A stretch of DNA of 64,000 bases. Source: Pelomyxa schiedti (taxonomy: Eukaryota; Protista; Evosea). The notes under the pieces were generated by a model. The model made no database searches. It was not told the DNA's origin and worked only from the letters and a program-made list of their open reading frames with translations. A program made the position numbers and the translations under genes. The stretch lies in NCBI GenBank assembly GCA_020536535.1, contig JAHLWZ010000820.1:49106-113105 (forward strand), given 5' to 3'. This document shows, in pieces, positions 1-11,989 of the stretch. Position 1 is the stretch's first letter, and each line of letters starts with the position of its first letter.

Positions 1-386
1 CAGAACAGGTGGCCTACCTTTCTCCTCATTTCTTTTTCATTCCTCTGAAATCTAACTTCTGGGTTCAGATCACCCACATTAAAGCAGAGTTGATTGTACC
101 CTCTGTTGTAAGAAGAGAGAGAGCACAACGGATGATGCAGTATTGGTTATACCAAACAGAACAGCATAATCTTGGCCCCATCCTACCTCTCACTATTCTT
201 CCCAAAAAAATCCCTCCGCCGAGTCCCTCCAAACCCATACCAACACCAAAACCAACACCTACTGCATCAGACCAAATACAAACGGAAACAGCAATACCTG
301 CAACAGAACAAACAAGTTGCCCAATCACTACCACAACAACTACCTCTTGTGCATCCCCAAATGACCCAGCGGCTCTTCGTTTTTGA
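1..386 (+). CDS. 3' end of a hypothetical protein (gene starts before the window)
   Basis: GT..CAG intron at about 9-68, then a last exon ITHIKAEL...Pro/Thr-rich tail...AALRF-stop. No family motif recognised. Confidence 0.5.
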   Translation, partial: EQVAYLSPHFFFIPLKSNFWVQITHIKAELIVPSVVRRERAQRMMQYWLYQTEQHNLGPILPLTILPKKIPPPSPSKPIPTPKPTPTASDQIQTETAIPATEQTSCPITTTTTTSCASPNDPAALRF

Positions 387-635
387 TGAGATTTTTTCGT
401 GTTCTATGCTGGATTCTTCTAGTTTGGACCAAAATTTCGAATGAGAAATTTGTTCTCTGGCGTCCTTCTGCACTTCTGGACTGCGTCCAGAGAGACAAAA
501 GAACTGTCCCCAAGCCACACCTTTTAATCAAAAGCGCAAACGAACACAGAGGGGAATTGTTAAATTTAAACTCAAAAACTCTCCGGAAAACAAAAAAAAA
601 AGCAAAAACAACCATCAACCGAAAAACCCCACAAG

Positions 636-1486
636 ATGTTGTTGTCTCTGTTGTTGACCGTTTTGGGCAGGACCGTGAACGACATTTGCCCCGCCTATGC
701 GCCCTTCTTTGGTTTCATGGGAATCACCGCTGCTAGCGTATTTACTGGTTCGTACTATTTTTTTCCCCTGTCGCACCAACTCCCCCCTCTTCTAAAAAAT
801 AAATACGATTGAATTTTATTATTATTCTATGTTAATGTTCGTTTTCTAGTGATTGGATCGGCGTATGGGACGGCCAAGTCCTCAGTCGGTATTAGCAGCA
901 TGGGTATTCTTAAGCCCGAGCTCGTCATGAAGTGTATTATCCCGACAATTTTCGCCGGTATCATCGGTATCTATGGGCTGATCCTGTGTGTCATTCTTCT
1001 CGGCAACAGTATGACACCCCTCCCCTGTAGTTACTGGCCTTTGACTTTGTTCTTTCTTTTTTTTCCTTTCCTCGCAGTCGACACCTCCAAGAACTATCCA
1101 CTTATGCGTGCCTTCAGTGATCTTGCCAGTGGACTTTGCTGTGGACTCTGTGGAATGGCCGCAGGTCCGTTTCTTTTCTCTATCCACTACCGCTCACTAA
1201 GCGAATTCACACTCAAACCAACACCTAAACGCGGCGTTTCGAATCCCCCACCCCACACAAACTTCGACCCCTCGCGCTCCCTTCTCACCAAACAACAGGC
1301 ATGGCCATCGGCATTGTGGGAGACAGCGGCGTGCGTGCCACCGGTGCCCAGCCCAGGCTTTTCGTGCCCATGGTGCTAGTCCTGATCTTCAGCGAGGCCT
1401 TGGCTCTGTACGGCGTCATCGTCGCCATTCTGTGCGCCACCAAGCCCGACGAGTGGTGCGGCGACTCCACGTCAACTTCTGGCTAA
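636..1486 (+). CDS. ATP6V0C: V-type H+-ATPase V0 proteolipid subunit c (4 exons)
   Basis: Spliced: [12 protein letters not shown]...GSAYGTAKS...[10 protein letters not shown]...GIIGIYGL...[18 protein letters not shown]...[11 protein letters not shown], with the conserved proton-binding Glu. Three GT-AG introns. Confidence 0.96.
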
Positions 1487-1717
1487 GTCCTGCCAGATTC
1501 AGCCTTCCATTCTCAGATTATCATACATTCACCTCACTCACACCATCCACCTGCACAACACAACAACTCGTGGAAAACGAATTTTCAAAACAAAGACAGA
1601 AATTGTCAATCATTTTTTTCTTTTTAGCTTTTGGCAGTTTCTAAGCAAGCAACTGATTAAAAGCGGAAAAATATAAAAAGGAAAAAGGAAAAAAAAAGGA
1701 GGTGGAGGTGGTGCGTA

Positions 1718-2741
1718 ATGTCGTCGGCAGCGGTGTCATCAGCGGCAGCAAGCGACGTGCACATGGGCGACATTCCCCCGGGGCAGACAATTTATGTGAC
1801 CAACTTGGATACAAAGGTGAACAAGAACGGTGTGACCTTCGTGTCTTTTTTTTTTTTTGTTTTCTTTCTTTTTCTTTTTTTCTCCTTTCCCCTTTCGTTG
1901 CTGGTGTGACACCCTTCCTTGTGTAGAAATAAAGCTCAGTCTTTATTGCTTGTTTTCACAATTTGGCTCCATACTCGACATTGTGGCCATGAAAACACCG
2001 AGAATGCGCGGGCAAGCTTTTGTTGTTTTTAGGGACTTGCCTTCTGCCACTCTGGCATTACGACAATTACAAGGATTCCCGTTTTATGACAAACCACTTC
2101 GCCTAGCCTACGCCAAATCCAAATCGGACGTTGTTGCTAGACTCGATGGTTCTTATGTGGACAGAAAGAAAACTCCGGCTCCAGCAGCACCTGCTGCCAG
2201 AAAACCTGACGAAAGTGTGTTGTGCATCACTAATGTCAATTGGCTTACCAAATCCCTCTATCACTTTGTCATTGTGTTGTCAAACAGAACGAGCTAAGGC
2301 CAGACCGGAAGTACACCCACGGCTACCCAAGACTGGGGCCGCCGCTTCACCCAATCACATTCTTTTTGTTGAAAATCTACCGGCAAATGTCAATGAATCC
2401 ATGTTGACAATGGTTTTCCAACAGTATGTAAACGCCTTACCTCCTAACTTTTATCACAGTCCACATGCTCACATTACTTCCTTCTCTCTTTCTCCCTTTC
2501 TCTATAATAAATACGGAATAAAGCCTCAAATAACCAGGAACACCTCGCAATTTAATTTTATACTCACACAATTGCCCACAGATTCCCAGGATACAAAGAA
2601 ATCCGACTTGTTCCAACCAAGGAGGGGATTGCCTTTGTTGAATTTGAGAACGAAATGCTTGCCGGTGTTGCAATGCAAGCTCTCAATGGCTTCAAAATCA
2701 CACACGATCACGCCATGGCAATATCTTTCGCGAAACGCTAA
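1718..2741 (+). CDS. SNRPA: U1 snRNP A / U2 snRNP B'' (two RRMs)
   Basis: RRM1 TIYVTNL...[26 protein letters not shown]...[20 protein letters not shown]; RRM2 [11 protein letters not shown]...FPGYKEIRL...IAFVEF. U1A versus U2B'' not resolvable by eye. Confidence 0.9.
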
Positions 2742-2874
2742 CAGCCCCAACACCACCTGCTCCACCCGTCATTTTGCCGCTTCTTTTCAGAAAAGATTAT
2801 GTGCACATAAGAAACATAAAAAGCTTGCCTGTACGAATTTTCACCAACAAACTTTCGGTGTAAGTAAATCCACA

Positions 2875-4105
2875 ATGGATGGGAACATGCACGCCACGAG
2901 TACTAGTACTACGCGACACGGGTGCCCGTCTGATTTCGAGGTGAGGTCCACCAGGACCACTACTCCTACTGACATAGTGCCACGCACGTGCAGTGGATAG
3001 AGAGATGCACTCGCCCACGTGGGGAGGCAGCAGCGAAGGGGGGAGGAGGAAGAGGAAGAGGCAGCGAGGAGGAGGAGGAGCCGATGTGGGAGGGGTGCCA
3101 GTGCGTGGGTGACAGGGAGTGCTTCTCTGTGCCCTGCATATGTGACTGTGTGGAAAGGAGTGGCGGCACTCGTGTGTCCTGTGCCACTCCCTCGTTGTGT
3201 TGTGTGTTGCTGTTGTTTGTGTGCGGCGTTTGGGGGTTGATGTTTCTGCTATGTTAACATAATGAGTAGCAGCGTATGATCCAGCCACGGGGTTGGTGAA
3301 AGAAGAAAGGCTGGGAGTGCACTCACTTCCTATCTACGAGTGCTCCTCATTGTGCTCATGTAATTGTGCCAATAGAGTGGTTCAGAGGGGCCGGGCACCG
3401 CCGTTGCAGGTTGAGTTGCCTCTGCTGCATCACGTGCCTTTTTATTAACACCCAGGCAGTGCTTTATGACTGAACATAAAGGCTGGGGAGTAAGAACTTT
3501 GCAGTCCCTGCCAAAGGGACAATTTGTGACTGAATACTGGTGTTTCATCTTTTTCGTTTCTTCATTTCCGCTTATGCCAGATAATACAGTGGGGAAATAA
3601 TTTCCTCTGTGGAGGCGAAGTCACGGCGAGAAGCGCGAGCAATAAATACACCAGAAGCTCCAACATTTTTACTGGTTAATTTTCCCCAGCTCCTCTCTCT
3701 TCCCCACTAATGCGAAAATACAAGACCACCCGCGAAATAATCGAAACTCCACAAGGAAACAACAAAGTTCTCACGCTCAACATTGACAGCACAACTCAGG
3801 GGAATATAGCACGGTTCTTCAACCACTCGTGTGAGCCTAATCTTTCCTTGCTACTCGTAAGCAAGCAAGCAAGCTATCAATAGGCCTATTGTTTCATACT
3901 AACAAACAACAAGGTCCGTACAACGTCACTCCTCCCACAAGTGGCTTTTTTCACATCAAGAGCCGTTGTTACAGGTGAGGAACTCTGCTGGAATTATGGG
4001 GGTGGTGGAACTGGAGTTCAAGCACCTGAATACTGTGGGTCTCTGCCCAAGAAAATTTGCAATTGTGGTTCCGTCCATTGTCTGGGCTACATCCCATTCA
4101 TGTGA
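2875..4105 (+). CDS. Pre-SET/SET/post-SET histone-lysine methyltransferase (SUV39/SETMAR-like), multi-exon, largely missed by the ORF track
   Basis: Exons read GCQC..C..C, IYECSSLCSCNCANRVVQRG, KGWGVRT..LPKGQFVTEY, IDSTTQGNIARFFNHSCEPN, GEELCWNYG and post-SET CNCGSVHCLG. Confidence 0.88.
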
Positions 4106-5209
4106 AAAAAACGTGACTTGCCTTCGGTGTACATTCTGCAAATCCTCCCAGTGCATTTGTGATGAGAAAGCGGCCTTCATTTCGCTGGGCAGGAAGCCCC
4201 AGTTTGGTAAATACCAGGGGCAAAAAGCTGGTGCTGACAGGAGTTTTTACACTTGGGAGGTTGTTTGTTTGGGTTGGTGTTGGGAAAAAAAACCAAAAAA
4301 TCGATGTTTGGTTCCACCATGCCGGTGTTTCGTGAGGATCCAATCCCACTACCAGTTTCAAGTTCCTCTCCGAGGTTTAAATTTCGTTTCGTTTTCGTTT
4401 ATCTCACATCAACACAGGTCATTGAAGATAATGATGAGAAGCACAGCGGTAGTTTCCATTTATCTTCTCCATTTTTCTTTTTCCCACTTCTCACATTTGA
4501 AAATCAGGTGCTGTTGCATACGTAGTTGAGAGGCAGACAGGAAAGTAATGCTTACAAGTGAACTTGCACCACTCGCTCCCTGCAAACCAAGGAAGCTTCC
4601 TCCAGCGCTGCTTTCTCGTGACGAGACTAAAAGGCATCACTTTGACGAGGGTTGTTTGGTGGTCACAGTGGGCCGAAACCGGTGTCTCTGCCAATCCACG
4701 TTATACTGCGCCTTCCTTGATCAGCAACTACAATATTCTCTGTGGGATCGAAGGAATATCGAGGGTGGATGCTCCAATGGTTACAACCTTTTCTTGTCAT
4801 GTTAGTGAACTTTCACCACTCCACTGTATCATCATACCAGAACTCATAATTATCATTCTGAGCTTGTTGTTGAGATGGTCAGAAACAAGGTTGGTTCCCT
4901 GCAGGTCAAAAGTCACCCTACGAGGGACTGTTGAATTGCCGTTGGATCTGGGGCGCGGCCCACTCCCACACAAAAATCGAAGTGGAAACTGCCCGCTAGA
5001 CATAGGCAGCCCGGAGTCGTAACGTCAGGAGAACCGCCGCTGTGTTGGTTGCAACATCATGACAAGGGGTTTCTTTAAATGAAAATGTAATTCTTTTCGT
5101 AGCCGCACGATGTTTATGTGTCTGCTCTCCTCTCGTGGCTCCCTAACGGCGGAACTAAGAAAAGATCTTTTTTTTAGGCACCTAACACCGTATAACGAGC
5201 AGGCTCCGC

Positions 5210-5669
5210 ATTAATAGTAGGAAGGAAATTTATACTGCTCAGAGGAATTTCTACAGAGACCATCCATCCTCTCTGCAAATCAATATTAGGCGTGGAGGTA
5301 AAGTAAGGTGAATGGAATACTTGAGACTCTGTAATCTGCAAAGTCCGCGGCGAGATATAACCTCAGCAGCTCGGCTCGTGCAAACAACACCCCCTTGGCG
5401 CCAATCGGCACCAAAGGGGTGTTTCCGTTGTTCCCTTGGCGCCAATCGGCACCAAGGGGTGTGTTTTGAGACCCACCTTTTACCTTTTGCAGCAATGAAA
5501 CCACCCTTGGAGATTTTGTTGTAGTTGTTAATAAATGTGATATGATACACTGTGCAAGGTAAAAAAGATTAATAGTAGGAAGGAAATTTATACTGCTCAG
5601 AGGAATTTCTACAGAGACCATCCATCCTCTCTGCAAATCAATATTAGGCGTGGAGGTAAAGTAAGGTGA
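5210..5669. repeat. Perfect 102-bp direct repeats (5210-5311 and 5568-5669) flanking a 256-bp spacer
   Basis: Both copies read attaatagtaggaagg...ggtaaagtaaggtga and matched base for base on inspection. Confidence 0.95.
5386..5459. repeat. Two tandem GC-rich hairpins (ccttggcgcc-aatc-ggcaccaa(a)gg) inside the direct-repeat spacer
   Basis: 5386-5423 aacacccccttggcgccaatcggcaccaaaggggtgtt; 5433-5459 cccttggcgccaatcggcaccaagggg. Confidence 0.9.
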
Positions 5670-6588
5670 TTTTGTGGTAAATTAGTGCTTAAACGATACG
5701 TAGGTGTGCAAGAAAAGCGTCTTGATGTAAAATGAATTGTAATACCTTCCGTGCGTTACACAACTACGAAGATGACTACGAAGATGCTTGCGGTAGAGTT
5801 GGTCCACTGGGTTTTTTTATTTTTATGATTTGTTTTGAAGAAATTGAAATATAAAGACACACCACGTGGCGAAATTTCGCAAATTTTTGCGCAACTGAGG
5901 GTCTCCAAAGTCAAGGTCAAATGGCTGAATAAAATAATCAACAGACCGGAACGCTGTACTTTTCGTTATCGTCGCTCAGGATCGGCGGTCTGGTGTTTTT
6001 TTTATTCAGCCAAATGGGCACGGTGTGTTGGTAACGGCGGTACAGACGACAAAGGGGCCAGGCAAGATCTCTGCGTGAGAGGTGCCGCCCCTTCTGACAC
6101 AGATCCGCGACAAGATCTGCGACACAAAGAAGAAGAAAAAAAAAGGGAGCGCGAACGAACGCGCAAACGTGGCTTTTTTTATGTACCCACTTGGTACTAA
6201 AAAACAAGGCGACGACGAAGACAGGTGACGTGCTCAGGGGGTGCATCACGCGCCGCGGGCTCGGCTCGCCGCTCCAACTTCCAACCACCACTCGGGTTTA
6301 TTACTTCGTTAATCAGGGTTTTCCAATGCAGGGAAATCAACCTTTCGGTGACTTAGACAACTTCCTTTTTCAAAACCGTTTGAACGGAAGGGAAATTAAC
6401 GACGACGACACCGAAGCCGACAGTAGTGCAGTCCCAACAAACACAACAATCTGAAGACCACACCACAAAACTGCATAGTAAATGAACCAAAAGAAAAACT
6501 TTCATCCATCTAGGTGCTTTCCCTTATTGAGTCCCGTAAATAAGGGAAACAACCCAAAAGGAGCGAGAAAAGCGAAAAAAAAAAACGG

Positions 6589-8375
6589 ATGTATCAACCG
6601 GAGCACTACGCAGCACAGTGTAGAAGTGCATGTGTCGCTCTGACTTGTGCTCTTGTTCCACGGCTTGGCGCTTACAGTCAGGCCTCGTGTTTGCATACTG
6701 ATGACATAAGATTGATCCACGCTGTCCTGCTTAGAGAGCGTTAGTTCGTAAATTGGCATGTACTTGTCGGTGACAAGCCAGTAGGGGCAAAGGCCACGCC
6801 GTTTCTGTGGGGACAGAACACTGATTCTCAGCTTGGATGCGGTTCCGTGCAGTCGCCTAGCACTCCCTGGAAAGCTGTGCTTTGTAATAGTTACAGCTGC
6901 TCTGCACTTAGTGGTAACTGAACGCATTGGGTAATTGGTGGATGGGGGCTTGGCATATTTGTTTAATGCACTTAGCACTCGGTATGTGCTATTGGGGATT
7001 TCAAAGCGCTGGGCGGGGAGGCAGGCACGTATCCGCTTTTCCTGAACCGATGCAGCCTGATATTCCTATTGGAAGTCAAGTGACTCTCATTGCTGCTGGT
7101 GGGAGGACAACTGTGGCCCAGGTACACACATTGCCTGTCTTTGGCTGACATATGAGAATAATGGTTTCATTCAGCTTGCGAATAATGATCTTTATATCTG
7201 GGGGCAAGGAGCCAGAGTTCGTGTGGGCTTCGGCGGCAAAGTCTCGTTTGTGGGACCTTCCCCAAAGGTCACAGCCATTTCTTGTGGGAGTAGTTTCTTT
7301 GTGCTTCAAGTTGGTGAGTAAAGCTGGAAGTACCTTCATATCTTACTCTTAAAGACTCTGGAGTTGTTTACTCCTGTGGATCTAATGAATTCGGACAACT
7401 CGGAGTAAACTCTTTCTCACCACACTCTGAGCTGATTCAAGTATCCTCTGAGTTTCTGCCCTTGAACAAAAAAATTACTGCGATCGGGTGTGGATACGCT
7501 CATACTGTTCTTCAGCTTGGTATTACTTGTAATACATACTCCCAACATTTTGAAGAAAATTTCAGATTCCATGGAAATTGTGGTGTGGGGGGCAAATGAA
7601 GGCTTCCAACTCGCACTGAGCGATTTCACTGCCTACTTTCCTTCACCTACACTCTTACGACGTTCTGCCTTACTCGGTAAAAGGATACTCTGCGTTGCTG
7701 GAGGCCAAGGTCACACTGCTGTTACATTAGGTTCTACTGGTGCCAGTAGTTCTGAGCAATAATTCCTACTAGAATCCGGGGAGCTATATGCATGGGGTAA
7801 GAATACCTGCGGGCAGCTCGGTACAGGAGACTTTTTGGATAGGCTAACACCAGAATGGATAGTGAGTCCAGTATTTCTTGGTAGAAGAGTGTCTAAGGTA
7901 TCTTGTGGCCTCCTGCATACAGTGGCGTATTGTGGTATGGCTCAATTTCCCCGCCCTCGTTTTCTAACAAATTCCGCACAAGATACTAACAACACCCTTT
8001 ATGTGTGGGGTGACAATTCCCAATCTCAATTTGGAGCCGGGTACGAAGATCAGGAAAGGTCTGCAGTACCACAGCCTCTCAAGGCTACACCAAGAGGTAG
8101 TGTGGAGCTCCTGACTTGTGGAGCCTATCACACTGCAGCTTTATTGTGGTGAACAATCACCTCTTGTTCTCACTAACAAAGAAAAGGAAAATAAAAAAGG
8201 CCAATTTGCCTGCAAAACTTTTATCCAACTATTGCGTACTTGGCAACACTGTTCTCAGTTTAACAAAGCTAATTTTTCAGGGCTCTCAGTCGCTATGTGG
8301 AGGAGTTGCTTGTGGGTGTGCCGGGATTGTGGGAGGAGCACTGTGCCACACGCAAACAATATTCGTGACGCCTAG
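6589..8375 (+). CDS. RCC1-repeat protein with N-terminal PRLG motif (3' end approximate)
   Basis: Repeats: LWGQNTDSQLG, IAAGGRTT, CGYAHT, WGANEGFQL, AGGQGHT, LYAWGKNTCGQLGTG, VSCGLLHTVA, LYVWGDNSQSQFG, CGAYHTAA. Confidence 0.82.
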
Positions 8376-8386
8376 AACAAGCATTA

Positions 8387-11300
8387 CTATGCCCACAATG
8401 TCCGCGCAAGTGCACCACGTGTACACTTGGGTAGCGCAAACAGCAGAGGCAAGGATGCATACCCTGTAATGGCTATGTTAAGAAATGTAAGCCTTGTTGT
8501 TAGGGAAACCAAACCATTTTCTGGGAAGGCTGAAATGCCACTTGCTTCCGGCCTGGTAATGCGTTGATAAAGAGAATAGCAGAGAGCTGAGAGCAACTGG
8601 TTCAAAGTAATCCCAAGTTGACTTGAGTGCCCTAGATTGTCGGTGAGAAGGATTAGTGGTGCTGGACACTAACGTTACGCTACTGAAAACAGGAAGCAAT
8701 GATAGTATGCCTATGGGCAGTAATGTTGAAAATGTCCATTCTTTAATTCTGCGGCTCTGTTATTTGCTTTAGTACTCCCTGTATTTTCTTTCACTTTTTG
8801 GATACCTTTAATGTGATGGTAGAATCAAAGGCAGTCAGTACGTTGTACAGCATTACAATAAAGAGTGTAATGCATGAGTGCATCCAAACCAGTGTAGCAC
8901 AAGAAGAGGTAAAAATGACTACAACGGCAGTTTTGTACTTCCAAAAACTGAAAAGTAAATAGTGTCATAAGGTTAACAGACAGAAATAGGAACCTGAAGT
9001 GAAGGGGAAGACAGGAGAGCACGTGAAACACCAAGAAGGTGAAAACGATGGTGAAAAATTCAACTGTAGCACCACCAAGGAATATAAACCACATCTGAGA
9101 GAGGTTATTGAATTGAGTGTGCAGAGAGATTACATCGACTATAGAGAAAGTGTAAGGTTCTTCCCCAATGGAAAAAGGTGTATTAAAATAAAGGAAGGCA
9201 ATGCCGATCAGGATAGATGCGCTTGTTCCGCCAAGAATAGTGAGACTCAATGGAAAACCTAACGAGACATTGTCCCACAAACAGAACGAAAAAAGCGAAA
9301 ATGTGATAGCAGTGCCAATAAATGCAAGCATGTAAGATCGAGTAAGTTGCACGAGGGCCTGGGAAAAGTCGTAGTGGAAAATCACCTAGTATGGTAAGAG
9401 GTAATGAGGGTGGATTGAAATATGAAACCTCGTATGATGAACTTGGGTGAGAGAACACAAAGAAATTGATGTGATTGTCAAAGTTATGTGACTTCAGGGT
9501 GACTTCCGAATGATTTTCCCAAGTGAAAATACCAGATCTTTGCTCGTTGCCGGGGTTTGTTACATAGTACCAGGTTATGTTTCTACCAGTGCCTTGTAAT
9601 GTTTAAGGAAAAATTTATTAAACATAGGGACATACTTCCAGGTTTAAGTTGGAACCTAACCGAAACGGGCAGATGCTTAAAAGTGGGCACGGAAAAATTA
9701 GAGAACACATAGCCCTCTTGTACTGTGAAAATGTGATCTGTATTTGAGTAAGTAAAATCCCCAGACAATATGCAGCACCTGAGAACAGGCTAAGACTAAA
9801 GGCTTCCGGAATAACCTTTACTGATGTTGGTACACACGTCAGCAAAAAGGGAATAGTTGGAAAGGGCAACCATATGCATTAACTGGTGACGCAATAAATG
9901 AAGAAGAGGAGGCTGATGCTGGTTTTGGAAACTGGACAATCAGTGAACTAAATCCTTAGTTGGAGGTGAATTGATTGTTGGGCTAGTTATTAGTTGCTTA
10001 CCATTTTCCTGGATATTTTTAGGTGCAATGTAAAAAAGAAGGTCTGGGTTGTCATATCCCGGAAGGAGTACACTATGATCTTCTATTGAAAGTTTCGAAC
10101 ACTATGCTAGATTAGTCTATGCGACTACTATGTAAAGCTACCTGTGCACTGTAGAGTGGGTTGCAACCAAGAACGGACATTGCTGTATTTGGTGCCGGGG
10201 ATGTAATGAGTATTGCAAATCCTTGGCCGTTCTGCCTAATCACGTGCTGTAAGGTCTTGCGTTGGTTTCTAGACATACATATAAAATTCATATGAACTGC
10301 CATATTGCAATTGATGTGAACTAGTTGCCAACCAATCAACTCTGTTAGCTTTGGGCATTTCTACTGGACCCCCAACAGAAATATCACGTTCTTTCATCAT
10401 TACATCATAGAATGGATTGGCACCAAACACGTGTCTCAGTGTCACATTCTGGCGCTCCTTTACCGCAATGAGGCAATTTGTGCAAGTCTCCTTTTTAAGG
10501 TCCCACAGCAAAGAATTTAGGTATTTCACTACTTGGTTGCACCAAAGAATGGCCTGTTAGAGGTTTGCAAAGGAACGATCATTGCTAGGTAAAACCTCAT
10601 GGTCAGCATCAACCCAAACTGAAGGTATTGCTGCTGTGTACCATGATACAAATTTTGAGACATTAGGCTGAACAGCCAATTTCGAGTGAACCAATAGATC
10701 ATGATATCCACCGCTCAGAGATACAATTATCATCTCCTGCGAAACTTGTCCTATTCAAGTTTGAGAAAAAATGTCCAAAAGGGAAAACCAACCTGCCCAG
10801 AATGTGTCTAGAGTCCTATAAAGTGACAACATGCTGTGTTGTGAAAGGAGAGGGGGAGCAGAATGGGGAGTATTGAGGGTGATGATAGTTTTCACAGATT
10901 GGGGTAGGTAATTTGGCATGATTGCGAGACTGCGTGCCACTATTCCTCCCATACTGTGGGCAATCACAATGACCTCAAAAGGAGAAGGCACATCCAAGGG
11001 TGTTCCATGACTTGCGAATGTAGTTTGCATTTTATGGATCTCTTTGATGCACTCATTTGCAAATTCTGCCTGGCGGTGAAGGATACCACTATCCAGTACA
11101 GAAAGTTCTTCCTTATTCTCTGTCACTTGCAATCGTGAAGAAAGTCTTTACATCAAAATCAGCTGCAAAGAAGTCGAATTTCCCCTCTGCAGACTTATGT
11201 TCGCGAGCATGTCGTACTGCTTGAGTCCATGCAGTCAGCTGCGACTCGCTTGCAATTGACCGAACTTGTTTGTAGCTGCCTGCATTCCCTGGGAGGAACA

Positions 11301-11755
11301 GTACAGGAATACCTACTGCGGATTGGAACTCTTTCTCAGAAACCTTTTGCCAAGTCAGAGCCAAGAATAAAAACAAGAAGCCAGGATAATGTCCTACCGA
11401 CGGATGAGTGGCCCGAGTTTGCCGTGCCAACTGTCCCTCGTGATATCGCCAAAGGTGATACCTACATTAATTTCAGTGCTTTTTTACAAAGTGCATAAAC
11501 AACAACCAACCTTGGAAACGCGGCCTGAACGGAGACAGACAAGTTTATACGCTCGTAAGAAGGATACATCCACGTCATCTTGCAAGTGGCGATCTGCGAC
11601 GCGCCTGCCGTGGCGCCGCTGGCGTTCCCTTTCTCGTCAAGATCTCCGCCTTTACTCTCGCGCCACAGCGTCAAAGAACTCCTCACCACACATGCCGTGA
11701 ACAATCCACAAACAACCACAGCCAATATCACCGTAGCCCCCCGAAACAACGACAT
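8387..11755 (-). CDS. PGAP1: GPI inositol-deacylase PGAP1/Bst1 (3' end approximate)
   Basis: N-terminal TM, then CKMTWMYPSY, GIPVLFLPGNAGSYKQVRSIAS, lipase-like AHSMGGIVAR, ITLNTPH, and a multi-TM C-terminal half. Confidence 0.92.
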
Positions 11756-11989
11756 CCGCCTGATGGATTCAGACGGTCAAAAAATTGTAGGTGGAATGAC
11801 CTTACTGAACTGACTGCGGCAACAAAGACTCCGGTGAAAGTTCTTCACAAGTGCAAACAAACACTCCAGGTGGATCGTCCCGCAGACAAGGTTGAATAAG
11901 GTAATTCCCCTTCGCTGCACATATTGACTTCTCTCTAGAGCGTTCTTAGTGCCCAACTATCTTGCTCCACGGGATTGTGGGTTGACATG

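Noticed and set aside
4110-5065. Minus-strand frame with several stops, read as a pseudogene or third PRLG-motif gene
   Set aside because: At least one stop lies in an intron-like segment (GTATGA...CTAAC...AAG), so an ordinary spliced hypothetical gene is as likely. I could not assemble a unique model, and the motif match is weak.
5210-5669. CRISPR array or canonical LTR element
   Set aside because: Only two long repeats, eukaryotic context and no cas genes; no TG..CA ends, PBS/PPT or TSD seen.
5950-6460. Possible snRNA/ncRNA or small ORF (agatc(t/c)gcgac mini-repeats; MQGNQPF... ORF)
   Set aside because: No U1/U2/U4/U5/U6, tRNA or SRP signature found by eye; the ORF is short and featureless.
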